A DNA stretch of 46,485 bases from an uncultured Mageeibacillus sp. (GTDB taxonomy: Bacteria; Bacillota; Clostridia; Saccharofermentanales; DTU023). The notes beneath the pieces are model-generated. The model was not told the origin of the DNA and did no database searches. It worked only from the letters and a program-made list of their open reading frames with translations. This document shows positions 36,487 to 44,751 of the stretch, piece after piece. Position 1 is the first letter of the stretch, and each line of letters starts with the position of its first letter. The DNA lies in NCBI GenBank assembly GCA_964624395.1, contig CAZUWY010000004.1, positions 1 to 46,485 of the forward strand, read 5' to 3'. Position numbers and translations under genes: made by a program.

Positions 36487-37506
36487 TTAATTCCTGTGCA
36501 AGTATTCATTAATAGCAATTGCCGCCCTGGCACCTGCCGCTGCAGCCACAATTATCTGTTTGACCGGCTCTGAGGTGACATCCCCGGCAGCAAAGATTCC
36601 ACTTATATTGGTTGCCTGCCGCTCGTCAACAATTATCTCCCGCCATTTATTACTGTCAACCAGATCAAGAAAGGGGTCACTGTTGGGTGTTCGTCCGATC
36701 TCAATTAAAACACCGCCCACGGGCAGCTTTTCTGTTTGTCCGCTTTCAAGATTTCGAACTATGGCTGCTTCAACCTGATCTGCCCCTATTATTTCATCGA
36801 CAACATGGCCCTGCTTTATCTCCAGATTCTCTAGTTGGGGGAGACGTTTGAGCAAGATCTCATCTGCTCTGAAATTGGAGCGGTGAACCAGATAAATCTT
36901 CTTGGCATGACGGGCCAGATCGATAGTGGCCTCGACAGCAGAATCCCCACCGCCGACAATGATGACATCTCTGCCCTTAAAGAGAGGACCGTCGCAAATG
37001 CCGCAGTAGGTTACCCCCTGGTGGGTAAGTCTTTCCTCACCCGGTATACCAAGCTTTCTTGGTTTTGCTCCGGTGGCTATAAGGACGGAGCGGCTCTTGA
37101 TCAATTTTTTATTATCTATATGTAAATAAAACAGTCCTGCTTTTTTTTCTATCTTTAATACTGTCCTATCTTTTTCCAAAGAGATTTCGAAAGATTTCAG
37201 GTGTTCGTGGAATTTACTGATCAGTCCGGAACCCGAGATGCTTTTATAACCCAGATAATTTTCGACTACAGTAGTATCTTTTACCTGCCCGCCAATGCTT
37301 CTGGCCACAATTCCAACGGAAAGGCATTTGCGCTTGGCGTATAAAGCAGCATTGATACCTGCCGGCCCTGCACCGATGATCAGGAGATCATATAGTGTTT
37401 CCGGGTCCAAGGTCTGAATCTCGTCTTCAAGTTCAATCATGCCTAAGTCCAGGCTGAATGAAAGATCCGGCATAATAATATTTTTGCTCCCCATGTCTAA
37501 TTTCAT
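36487..37506 (-). CDS. thioredoxin-reductase/AhpF-C-terminal-like flavoprotein disulfide reductase, NAD(P)H motifs present
   Basis: FAD motif IIGAGPAG, redox CxxC in YCGICDGPLF, pyridine-nucleotide motifs VGGGDSAVEA and VHRSNFRA, and C-terminal FAAGDV. An N-terminal extension of about 40 aa makes the start uncertain. Confidence 0.85.
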   Translation of the reverse strand: MKLDMGSKNIIMPDLSFSLDLGMIELEDEIQTLDPETLYDLLIIGAGPAGINAALYAKRKCLSVGIVARSIGGQVKDTTVVENYLGYKSISGSGLISKFHEHLKSFEISLEKDRTVLKIEKKAGLFYLHIDNKKLIKSRSVLIATGAKPRKLGIPGEERLTHQGVTYCGICDGPLFKGRDVIIVGGGDSAVEATIDLARHAKKIYLVHRSNFRADEILLKRLPQLENLEIKQGHVVDEIIGADQVEAAIVRNLESGQTEKLPVGGVLIEIGRTPNSDPFLDLVDSNKWREIIVDERQATNISGIFAAGDVTSEPVKQIIVAAAAGARAAIAINEYLHRN

Positions 37507-37765
37507 CTTTCATGCTCGCTTGGGATATCTGTCCCAGACTTCCTCCCTGTCTCATTTTGTTGGCCAACGCTCTCAATAATATCTAGGATACTGCTTTGAA
37601 GACACAAGAGCAGGCAGTTGAAACCTGAGTTACCATTTTCAAAATTTCAGATTTTCTTCATATTTCACCTTGTAAAATGCTCTATCCTAATCTGAAAGCG
37701 GTTATATCTTGTACACTATTAATAATATAATAGTCCGGCAACAAATATCCTCGCAACCATAACAA

Positions 37766-39703
37766 ATGCTAAAAGCAAGAAAGCTGAGTATAGATTTGAA
37801 TATTGTTGATAAAAATGAAGTTGAAAATGGACTGGAAAGCAGAGAAATTGCTGCCCAGAAAATGAAAGAGAGGCGCAAGAAAAGAGCCCGGCGGCGAAAA
37901 ATTGGCTTGACTTTAACAGTTATCGCCGGAGTTGTTTTGCTGTTTTTTCTCTTCAGCAGAGATGAAAGAGATCTAACCAAAGTACGGGTGGAGGAAGCAA
38001 GAATTGGCACTGTTGTGGAAACAATCGGCTTGACCCCGGTCTTGAAGCCCTCCCTAACCCAAAATATACTGGGGGCAGATCTACCTATTCAAGAGCTCTA
38101 TGTAGAGATCGGTGACCAGGTCAAAAAGGGCGACAAGCTCTTAAGCTATGACATCTCATCTCTCAAGGAGGAGCTGGAAAAGACAAGGGATCTGATTGCA
38201 AAAACCAAAGAAAGTATGGATGATGCCGTCAATGAGGCTTTAGACCTATCTTCGCAATTAAATCTGCTTGGCGGCAGCCAGATTGAAAGTCAGATTGCCG
38301 CTATCACTGGCAGCTTAGGCGGCAATCTGGGAAATCTTGCGGCACAAATGGTCGATATACAGGGACCCTTTATGGAGCTTGGGCAAAAGCTCGGCACTTT
38401 AGATATGGAAAGTATCAATGCCTGGCTGCAGGATATGCAGGCTCTGAGCTCTAAATTGAGGGCTGGATTAGATCAGCTCGAAGAAAGCAATGCTATCAAT
38501 GAGTTGATTGAAACTATGAAGCGGCTTTCTGATTTAGAAAAGAGCTTTGCTGATCTGGCCGGATCTTTAGAAGAGATGCAAGATGGCTGGCGTGAATGGA
38601 TGGAAAATAATCCTCTGCCCAGTTTTACTTTGCCAAATTCCCCCTCCGAAACTTCTTCGACTGGCACAACTGGAGAAAGCGGCACTAATCCGCAAAATAG
38701 CTCTGGAACAACTACAGATGGAGAAGGTGGTCAAAAGGATGCTCCAGATCCCCAAACAGATGCGCTTTATCCGGCTACTAGTCTTTCATACGGCTCAACT
38801 CTTCTGGCTGACCAGCTGAATGCTGATCCTATCGGCCATCATTCCAGCGGTGCTTCGGCTCTGGATCTATCTGCTCTTTCTCCGGAAATGCTGGAGCAGA
38901 TGCAGCAGATGCTCGGTTCCTACAATAATACTGATCTTTTAACCAGCAGCCTCAGTCAGGGAGAGGATTTACTCATTCAGCTGGAGGAGGCTGAAAAGCA
39001 GCAGCTGGAAATTATTGAGAAGTTAAGAAAATCCATGACTGCAGATTTTCCCGGCATTATCGTCAAGATTGATACGGCTAAAGGCGAGCTGGCTCCTGCA
39101 GGACGCGAGATAATGGTGGTTTACAGCAATGAAGACTTGAAAACCGTCGCTTATGTCGGCCATGCCGACGCTCGCCGCCTGCAAAAGGGGCAAAAGGTCA
39201 GCTATAGTCTGGAGAATATGCAATTTAACGGAGAAGTTATCTATATTGACCCTGTGGCATCTGACAGCAATTCCTTCAGCTCAGATTTATCCTCGCAGTT
39301 GCCCAGCGATTTTGGCGGCTTGAGCAGTTTGATGGGTATGGGTTCTTTGGCCGGCAGCAGTCTGGGCAGTGAGCCACAGATTAAAGTTGAGATGAGCATA
39401 GAGGGCAAAGATCTCTCCCAGCTGATCATGGGCTTTGCCATTGATGCCGAGGTTGAAACCAGAATGAAAGAAAATGTTTTGACCTTGTCAGCCTTTTCTT
39501 TGCTGAAAGAAAAAGGCGATTATTATCTTTTCATTGTCGATGAAAATCAAAGGATAGCGCGTAGAGATCTTGAAATAGGTCTTGAGTCTGCACTTTTTGT
39601 TGAAGTTTTATCCGGCGTCAGTAAAGGCGAGAGAGTTGTCCTAAGTCCCAGTGCCAATCTGGCCAATGGTCTAGCTGTAGAAGTTGTGACAGACGGTGAT
39701 TAG
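37766..39703 (+). CDS. HlyD/MacA-type membrane-fusion (periplasmic adaptor) protein with very long, partly disordered insertion
   Basis: 645 aa with an N-terminal TM span (IGLTLTVIAGVVLLFFLF). The split lipoyl-like halves are ELYVEIGDQVKKGDKLLSYD and FPGIIVKIDTAKGELAPAGREIMVV. Beta-barrel-like segments are LQKGQKVSY and FNGEVIYIDP. About 300 aa lie between the lipoyl halves, including an S/T/G/P-rich stretch. Confidence 0.75.
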   Translation: MLKARKLSIDLNIVDKNEVENGLESREIAAQKMKERRKKRARRRKIGLTLTVIAGVVLLFFLFSRDERDLTKVRVEEARIGTVVETIGLTPVLKPSLTQNILGADLPIQELYVEIGDQVKKGDKLLSYDISSLKEELEKTRDLIAKTKESMDDAVNEALDLSSQLNLLGGSQIESQIAAITGSLGGNLGNLAAQMVDIQGPFMELGQKLGTLDMESINAWLQDMQALSSKLRAGLDQLEESNAINELIETMKRLSDLEKSFADLAGSLEEMQDGWREWMENNPLPSFTLPNSPSETSSTGTTGESGTNPQNSSGTTTDGEGGQKDAPDPQTDALYPATSLSYGSTLLADQLNADPIGHHSSGASALDLSALSPEMLEQMQQMLGSYNNTDLLTSSLSQGEDLLIQLEEAEKQQLEIIEKLRKSMTADFPGIIVKIDTAKGELAPAGREIMVVYSNEDLKTVAYVGHADARRLQKGQKVSYSLENMQFNGEVIYIDPVASDSNSFSSDLSSQLPSDFGGLSSLMGMGSLAGSSLGSEPQIKVEMSIEGKDLSQLIMGFAIDAEVETRMKENVLTLSAFSLLKEKGDYYLFIVDENQRIARRDLEIGLESALFVEVLSGVSKGERVVLSPSANLANGLAVEVVTDGD

Positions 39704-39722
39704 GCAGGCGGCAGATAAAGAT

Positions 39723-40439
39723 ATGCAGACAACAATCCGAATGCAAAAAATGAACAAGATCTACACCACCGGGAAAGTAGCCTTTCACGCATTAAAAGAT
39801 GTGGACTTTGAGGTCAGTCAGGGGGATTTTGTAGCCATTATGGGGCCATCCGGTTCTGGTAAATCCACGCTTATGAATCTGATCGGACTGCTGGATGAGC
39901 CAAGTTCTGGCATCTATGAGCTCAACGGTCAAAATATTACAGAATTAACTGATGATGACAGGGCCTATTTGCGCAATCAGGAAATTGGCTTTGTCTTTCA
40001 GTCTTTTAATCTTCTGCCCCAATTGACTTTACTAGAAAATGTTGAGCTGCCTCTGGTCTATGCAGCAATTCCAGCCCGTGAACGAAAGGAAAGGGCTGAG
40101 GCTGCCTTAGATGAGGTTGGTTTGATCCGCTGGCAAAGCCATCGTCCTCTGGAAGTATCGGGGGGGCAGATGCAGCGTACCGCCATTGCCAGGGCCCTCG
40201 TCTCCAGGCCAGCTCTAATACTGGCCGATGAGCCCACTGGCAATATTGATTCCAAGGCCACCAAAGAAGTTATGGATTTGATCTCCTCCTTTAACAGCAA
40301 AGGTACCACTGTAGTTCTGATTACACATGAGCGAGATATTGCCAGATATGCCAACCGGCTAATTTTGATTCATGACGGCAGATTGAGAGAGGGCAAACTT
40401 GAAGATGAGGCAGAGATAGTGGAGGCCAAACATGTTTAG
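39723..40439 (+). CDS. MacB/LolD-type ABC transporter ATP-binding protein
   Basis: Walker A GPSGSGKST, Q-loop FVFQSFNLLP, signature VSGGQMQR, Walker B LILADEPTGNID. The ORF track starts at a GTG at 39696 overlapping the adaptor stop; the ATG at 39723 fits the family N-terminus better. Confidence 0.9.
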   Translation: MQTTIRMQKMNKIYTTGKVAFHALKDVDFEVSQGDFVAIMGPSGSGKSTLMNLIGLLDEPSSGIYELNGQNITELTDDDRAYLRNQEIGFVFQSFNLLPQLTLLENVELPLVYAAIPARERKERAEAALDEVGLIRWQSHRPLEVSGGQMQRTAIARALVSRPALILADEPTGNIDSKATKEVMDLISSFNSKGTTVVLITHERDIARYANRLILIHDGRLREGKLEDEAEIVEAKHV

Positions 40440-41649
40440 AGAGAGCATGAGGATGGCCTGGGCTTCACTTCTGGCCAATAAGATGCGCTCGCTGTTGACC
40501 ATGCTGGGCATTATTGTGGGCATTGCCGCCGTGATTGCCATTGTCGGCGTCGGTGATGGCGCCAAAGATCTGATCATGAGTGAATTCGAAGGTATTGGCG
40601 CAAGTTCAGTGATCATAAATGCCAGATCCAGCGAGGTGCAGCAGCAGGATCTGATTACTGCCAAAGATATAGCTGATATCAGAAATCTTGACTCCGTCCG
40701 CCTAGTATCTGCATCCGTTTCCGGCTTTGGCTATATCCGCCAACATAACAAAGAGAACAGTGTGATGTTTTACGGCATGGATCAGGATTATCCGCAGCTG
40801 GCATCAATGAAAGTCATTCAAGGCAGAGCTTTAACACCTACTGAACTGACTTCGAAGCAGGCTGTGGGCCTGATAGAAAAGACCTCTGCTGAAAAACTCT
40901 TCCGAGAATCCGACCCTATCGGGGAAACAGTAATAATCTCCAGTGGCGGCAAACAGCAGACTATCAGTATTGAAGGTGTGATTGAAACCTCGACCTCGTC
41001 CTTCATGTCCATGGCTCCTGAAACAGAAGATCATGAAATGCCCACTGCTTTGTATCTCCCCATGCAGGTCGCCCAGGATTTAATGGGCCGGGGAGATAGC
41101 TACCGTTTGATGATGGTGATGTCTGATGATCCCAATATGCTTGAAGAGACCGGCAATCAGGTGCTCCGTCTCTTAGAGGCCAATCATAACAACAGCGATA
41201 AGAAAATCTATAAAAAGCAAAATGTGACGGAAATACTTGATCAGGCCAACAGAATTATCGGCATTGTCACCACAGCTATTTCTGCAATAGCAGCTCTTTC
41301 TTTGCTGGTGGGCGGCATCGGCGTTATGAATATTATGCTTGTATCCGTGACTGAGCGAACCAGAGAAATAGGGATCAGAAAAGCTTTGGGCGCAACCATC
41401 GGCGATATCATGTTTCAGTTTATGACCGAGTCAGTCATACTGACCTTTGTCGGCGGTGCGATTGGCGTAGTGATGGGGCTTTCTATTTCCTTTCTATTGG
41501 GCAGCTATTTAAATTTTGAACCGGGGATAAGTGTTACAGCTGTACTTACAGCCTTGCTATTTTCCAGTGCTGTCGGTATGTTTTTTGGTATATATCCCGC
41601 CAGAAAAGCATCTATGCTCAATCCGATCGATGCTTTGCGCAATGAGTAA
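40432..41649 (+). CDS. MacB/FtsX-type ABC permease with MacB periplasmic domain
   Basis: 405 aa. It has an N-terminal TM (MRSLLTMLGIIVGIAAVIAIVGVG), a large extracytoplasmic domain, and a C-terminal FtsX-type 3-TM bundle with TERTREIGIRKALGA. It overlaps the ATPase gene by 8 nt. Confidence 0.85.
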   Translation: MFRESMRMAWASLLANKMRSLLTMLGIIVGIAAVIAIVGVGDGAKDLIMSEFEGIGASSVIINARSSEVQQQDLITAKDIADIRNLDSVRLVSASVSGFGYIRQHNKENSVMFYGMDQDYPQLASMKVIQGRALTPTELTSKQAVGLIEKTSAEKLFRESDPIGETVIISSGGKQQTISIEGVIETSTSSFMSMAPETEDHEMPTALYLPMQVAQDLMGRGDSYRLMMVMSDDPNMLEETGNQVLRLLEANHNNSDKKIYKKQNVTEILDQANRIIGIVTTAISAIAALSLLVGGIGVMNIMLVSVTERTREIGIRKALGATIGDIMFQFMTESVILTFVGGAIGVVMGLSISFLLGSYLNFEPGISVTAVLTALLFSSAVGMFFGIYPARKASMLNPIDALRNE

Positions 41650-41677
41650 TAACTGGCAAGAAAGATGAGGTTATCTT

Positions 41678-42580
41678 ATGAAGACAGATTGTGCAATTAT
41701 AGGTAAAGGACCTGCCGGACTGTCTGCAGCAATATATATTGTCCGTTCCGGCCTTGAAGCTACTGTAATCGGGCGCGATTTAGGAGCTCTTAGCAAAGCC
41801 GATAAAATTGAAAATTATTTTGGTTTCGAACAGCCTTTAAGCGGCAGTGATTTAGTCAGCAGGGGGATCTCTCAGGCTAAAAGGCTTGGGGCTAAGATTA
41901 TTACTGCTGAAGTCACAGGCGCCAACTGGGGAGAGGCTGGCTTTCGCCTCAGTACCAGTGCCGGCAGCATTGAGAGCAAATGCTTGATTCTGACAACTGG
42001 CATGCCCAGGCAAAAACCTGCCATTCCCGGCGTGAAAGAATACGAAGGGGGAGGTCTTGGCTATTGTGCAATCTGTGATGGTTTCTTCTACAGGGGCAAA
42101 AAGGTGGCTGTCATCGGCAATGGCAATTATGCTCTGCAAGAGGCGGCTGAGCTTCTTCCCTTTGCCGCCGAGATTCATCTCTTAACTAATGGGCGCGAAT
42201 TAGAAGCAGATAATGAGCCTGACAGCAATTATCTGGTTAATCTGGAGAAGATTTTAGAGATTGAAGGGGATGGGCAGATGGTGAGCGGAATTCGTTTTGC
42301 CGGCGGGAATTTCCTTGCTTTAGATGGAATTTTCATAGCTGAAGGCACAGCTTCTGCACTAAATCTGGCTAATTCTTTAGGTGTAGCTACCGCTGGCAAT
42401 GCTATTGTCACCGAGGCTGACGGCTCTACCAATCTGCCGGGAGTATATGCTGCTGGAGACTGCACTGGCGGCCTGCCGCAGATAGCTGTTGCAGTGGGAA
42501 ATGGTGCTGCAGCCGGTCTGGCGGCCGCTCGCTATTTGAAGGATCTGGGCCTTAATCAAGCCTTTGAAGAAGTAATCTAA
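41678..42580 (+). CDS. low-Mr thioredoxin-reductase-like flavoprotein lacking the canonical NADPH HRRxxxR motif
   Basis: 300 aa. FAD motif IIGKGPAG, redox CAICDGFFY, C-terminal YAAGDC. The second dinucleotide region reads VIGNGNYALQEA...HLLTNGRELEA, in place of GGGNSAVEEA...HRRDxFRA in the canonical enzyme as I recall it. Confidence 0.8.
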   Translation: MKTDCAIIGKGPAGLSAAIYIVRSGLEATVIGRDLGALSKADKIENYFGFEQPLSGSDLVSRGISQAKRLGAKIITAEVTGANWGEAGFRLSTSAGSIESKCLILTTGMPRQKPAIPGVKEYEGGGLGYCAICDGFFYRGKKVAVIGNGNYALQEAAELLPFAAEIHLLTNGRELEADNEPDSNYLVNLEKILEIEGDGQMVSGIRFAGGNFLALDGIFIAEGTASALNLANSLGVATAGNAIVTEADGSTNLPGVYAAGDCTGGLPQIAVAVGNGAAAGLAAARYLKDLGLNQAFEEVI

Positions 42581-42625
42581 AGAAGAAATAGTCTGAAGAA
42601 ATAATTCTACAGAGATATATATATT

Positions 42626-42671
42626 TAAAAAAGGATGACTTAGACAAAAACTAAGCCATCCTTTAATTTTT
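42626..42671. terminator. bidirectional rho-independent terminator between convergent TrxR-like gene and rplL
   Basis: AAGGATGACTTAG-N7-CTAAGCCATCCTT (13-bp stem with 1 mismatch), flanked by AAAAA upstream and TAATTTTT downstream. Confidence 0.7.
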
Positions 42672-42689
42672 GCTAGTATTAGTGAAATA

Positions 42690-43073
42690 TTATTTCACTT
42701 CTACCTCTGCACCAGCTTCTTCGAGCTTGGCTACAACTGCGTCTGCTTCTTCTTTGCTGACATTTTCCTTTACCGGCTTTGGTGCTTCATCGACCAATGC
42801 CTTGGCTTCCTTGAGACCCAGACCTGTGAGCTCGCGTACCACTTTAATAACCGGAATCTTGCTGGCTCCGGGATTTTTGAGAATAACTGTGAATTCAGTC
42901 TGCTCAACTTCTTCAGCGGCTGCTGCACCGCCACCGGCTGCAGGAGCTGCTGCCACCATAGCTGCTGCGGAGACACCAAACTCCTCTTCCAGAGCTTTAA
43001 CTAGTTCATTGAGTTCAAGTACAGATAATTCCTTGATATTATCCATAATACCTGTGATTTTTTCGCTTGCCAT
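42690..43073 (-). CDS. rplL: 50S ribosomal protein L7/L12
   Basis: 127 aa. [19 protein letters not shown], an Ala-rich hinge, and [21 protein letters not shown] are the canonical L7/L12 sequence. Confidence 0.95.
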   Translation of the reverse strand: MASEKITGIMDNIKELSVLELNELVKALEEEFGVSAAAMVAAAPAAGGGAAAAEEVEQTEFTVILKNPGASKIPVIKVVRELTGLGLKEAKALVDEAPKPVKENVSKEEADAVVAKLEEAGAEVEVK

Positions 43074-43153
43074 TTAGAACCTCCAATTTAGAATACCTTG
43101 CGGCAATTATTTTATTTTGGGATACTCCCTGCTTCAAGCAAACTGCTTGCTGC

Positions 43154-43849
43154 CTATTCTTGTGCTTCTTCTTTTTCTTCAGCCTCATTTGCATCAGGCT
43201 GCGGTTGCCCTTTTTCTTCTGCTTCGGGCTGTGGCTGATCTGCTTCTTCTTTTTCTTCAGCTGCCAGCTCTTCTTTTTCAGCAACAGCTTGCTCTGTCTC
43301 TTTGGCTGTATTTTCTGCAGCAACTGCCAGAGCAGCAACTTTTTCTACTCCCTCTTCCTCTGCTCTTTGAGCCAGAAGATTGAGAGTAATTGCCAATGAA
43401 GAAATCGGGAACAGCAATGTGGATACGAGCTGTCCATGCAGAATGGGCAGGGCAGGAATCTTGGCTAATTTTTCAATTTCTTCGACAGAAATCGCTTCGC
43501 CATCAATAACGCCACCCTTAATCGTGAATTTTTTGTATTGATCACGATATTTGGCCACAAGTCTTGGTGCTAGAACAGGATCATCATGGGAATATGCCAC
43601 GGCAGTTGGGCCAAAAAGAATAGCTTTCATTTCTTCCAGCCCCAGAGCATCAAACACACGAGTCGTAATAGTATTCTTTATTACTCGGTATTTTAGCCCT
43701 TCTTGGCGAAAAGCCGTGCGCATCTCAGTATCCTGAGCAACATTCAAACCCATATAGTCTGTAAAAACGATGGACTTGGCGTTTTCCAGCTCCTTGCGCA
43801 GCTCTTGGACTGCTTTTTTCTTTTTTTCAAGAATCTTGACACTGGGCAT
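43154..43849 (-). CDS. rplJ: 50S ribosomal protein L10 with ~60-aa acidic C-terminal extension
   Basis: The N-terminal 170 aa are canonical L10 (VFTDYMGLNVAQDTEMR..., LKYRVIKNT...). Total length is 231 aa, with an E/A/K/Q/P-rich tail. The gene lies between rplA and rplL. Confidence 0.9.
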   Translation of the reverse strand: MPSVKILEKKKKAVQELRKELENAKSIVFTDYMGLNVAQDTEMRTAFRQEGLKYRVIKNTITTRVFDALGLEEMKAILFGPTAVAYSHDDPVLAPRLVAKYRDQYKKFTIKGGVIDGEAISVEEIEKLAKIPALPILHGQLVSTLLFPISSLAITLNLLAQRAEEEGVEKVAALAVAAENTAKETEQAVAEKEELAAEEKEEADQPQPEAEEKGQPQPDANEAEEKEEAQE

Positions 43850-44047
43850 GTCTTTTCCTCCTCTTAATATTTGAAAACCCCTCGCGCACAGACGGAGGGG
43901 TTGAAATCAAATAAATGATTCTCCGCCTCGGCAGGATGTCTAATGTTTATGCCCCTCAGGGGCTCCTGCTGTCTTTGGCCTCGAATGAGTTATTCAGTTG
44001 TTTAATTGGCAAATTATTATCTGTGTAAACCGACAGAAATAAAATGC
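43850..44047 (-). promoter_or_regulatory. probable L10 (rplJL) ribosomal-protein leader with terminator-like attenuator hairpin
   Basis: This is a 198-nt untranslated gap between rplA and rplJ, the position of the L10 leader in many bacteria. The minus strand has CCCCTC-N11-GAGGGG followed by TTTTC (43900-43873), just upstream of the AAGAGGAGGAAAAGA Shine-Dalgarno region. Further GC-rich pairings (GGAGCCCCTGAGGGGC) lie upstream. Confidence 0.5.
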
Positions 44048-44737
44048 CTAGACCACTTTTCCGGTTGTATGTACGCCGGGGCCCATGGTGGATGCCAGAG
44101 TACAGCGTTTGACATACTGTCCTTTAGCTACAGCCGGTTTGGCCTTAATAATGGCATCCATCAGGGTATTATAGTTATCCAGTAGTTTTTCCACTTCAAA
44201 GGATGCCTTACCAATCGGGCAGTGAATGATATTTTGCTTATCCAGACGATATTCAATCTTGCCGGCCTTAGCCTCTTCAACTGCCTTGCCGACCTCCATG
44301 GTGACTGTGCCTGATTTAGGATTGGGCATCAGTCCCTTGGGACCTAAAACACGTCCCAGACGGCCTACCACACCCATCATATCCGGGGTGGCAATGACAA
44401 CATCAAATTCAAACCAGTTCTCTTTTTGAATTTTATCGACCATATCTTCTGCGCCGACAAATTCAGCACCAGCAGCTAAAGCCTCATCAGCCTTGGCCCC
44501 TTTAGTAAAAACTAGAACGCGTCTGCTGCGTCCTGTGCCATGCGGCAGGACAACGGCGCCACGCACCTGCTGATCAGCATGGCGGGAATCGACACCCAAA
44601 CGCACATGCATTTCAACAGTTTCATCAAATTTGGCTGTAGCAATCTCTTTAATTAGTTCCAAAGCCTCTTGGGGCTCATAAATCTTATCGCGGTCAACCT
44701 GCTTAGCAGCTTCACGATATTTTTTGCCTCTTTTCAT
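44048..44737 (-). CDS. rplA: 50S ribosomal protein L1
   Basis: 229 aa. [22 protein letters not shown] and [15 protein letters not shown] are canonical L1 motifs. Confidence 0.95.
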   Translation of the reverse strand: MKRGKKYREAAKQVDRDKIYEPQEALELIKEIATAKFDETVEMHVRLGVDSRHADQQVRGAVVLPHGTGRSRRVLVFTKGAKADEALAAGAEFVGAEDMVDKIQKENWFEFDVVIATPDMMGVVGRLGRVLGPKGLMPNPKSGTVTMEVGKAVEEAKAGKIEYRLDKQNIIHCPIGKASFEVEKLLDNYNTLMDAIIKAKPAVAKGQYVKRCTLASTMGPGVHTTGKVV

Positions 44738-44751
44738 GCCGTTGCTCCTTC

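Noticed and set aside
37702-38010. 102-aa minus-strand ORF overlapping the start of the adaptor gene, plus short ORFs (17-40 aa) in the 37507-37765 divergent region
   Set aside because: They lack RBSs. The 102-aa ORF is the antisense of the K/R-rich N-terminus and TM span of the adaptor, and the short ORFs have no distinguishing features.
42670-43077. 135-aa plus-strand ORF, and a 69-aa minus-strand alternative frame, overlapping rplL
   Set aside because: The rplL frame gives a canonical L7/L12 sequence. The overlapping frames are Ser/Ala-rich nonsense typical of antisense GC-rich Ala codons.
43039-43399. Three overlapping ORFs (K-rich 99 aa on the minus strand; F/L-rich 110 aa and 88 aa on the plus strand) across the end of rplJ
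   Set aside because: All arise from the GAA/AAG-rich DNA encoding the acidic L10 tail. They have no RBS and extreme low complexity.
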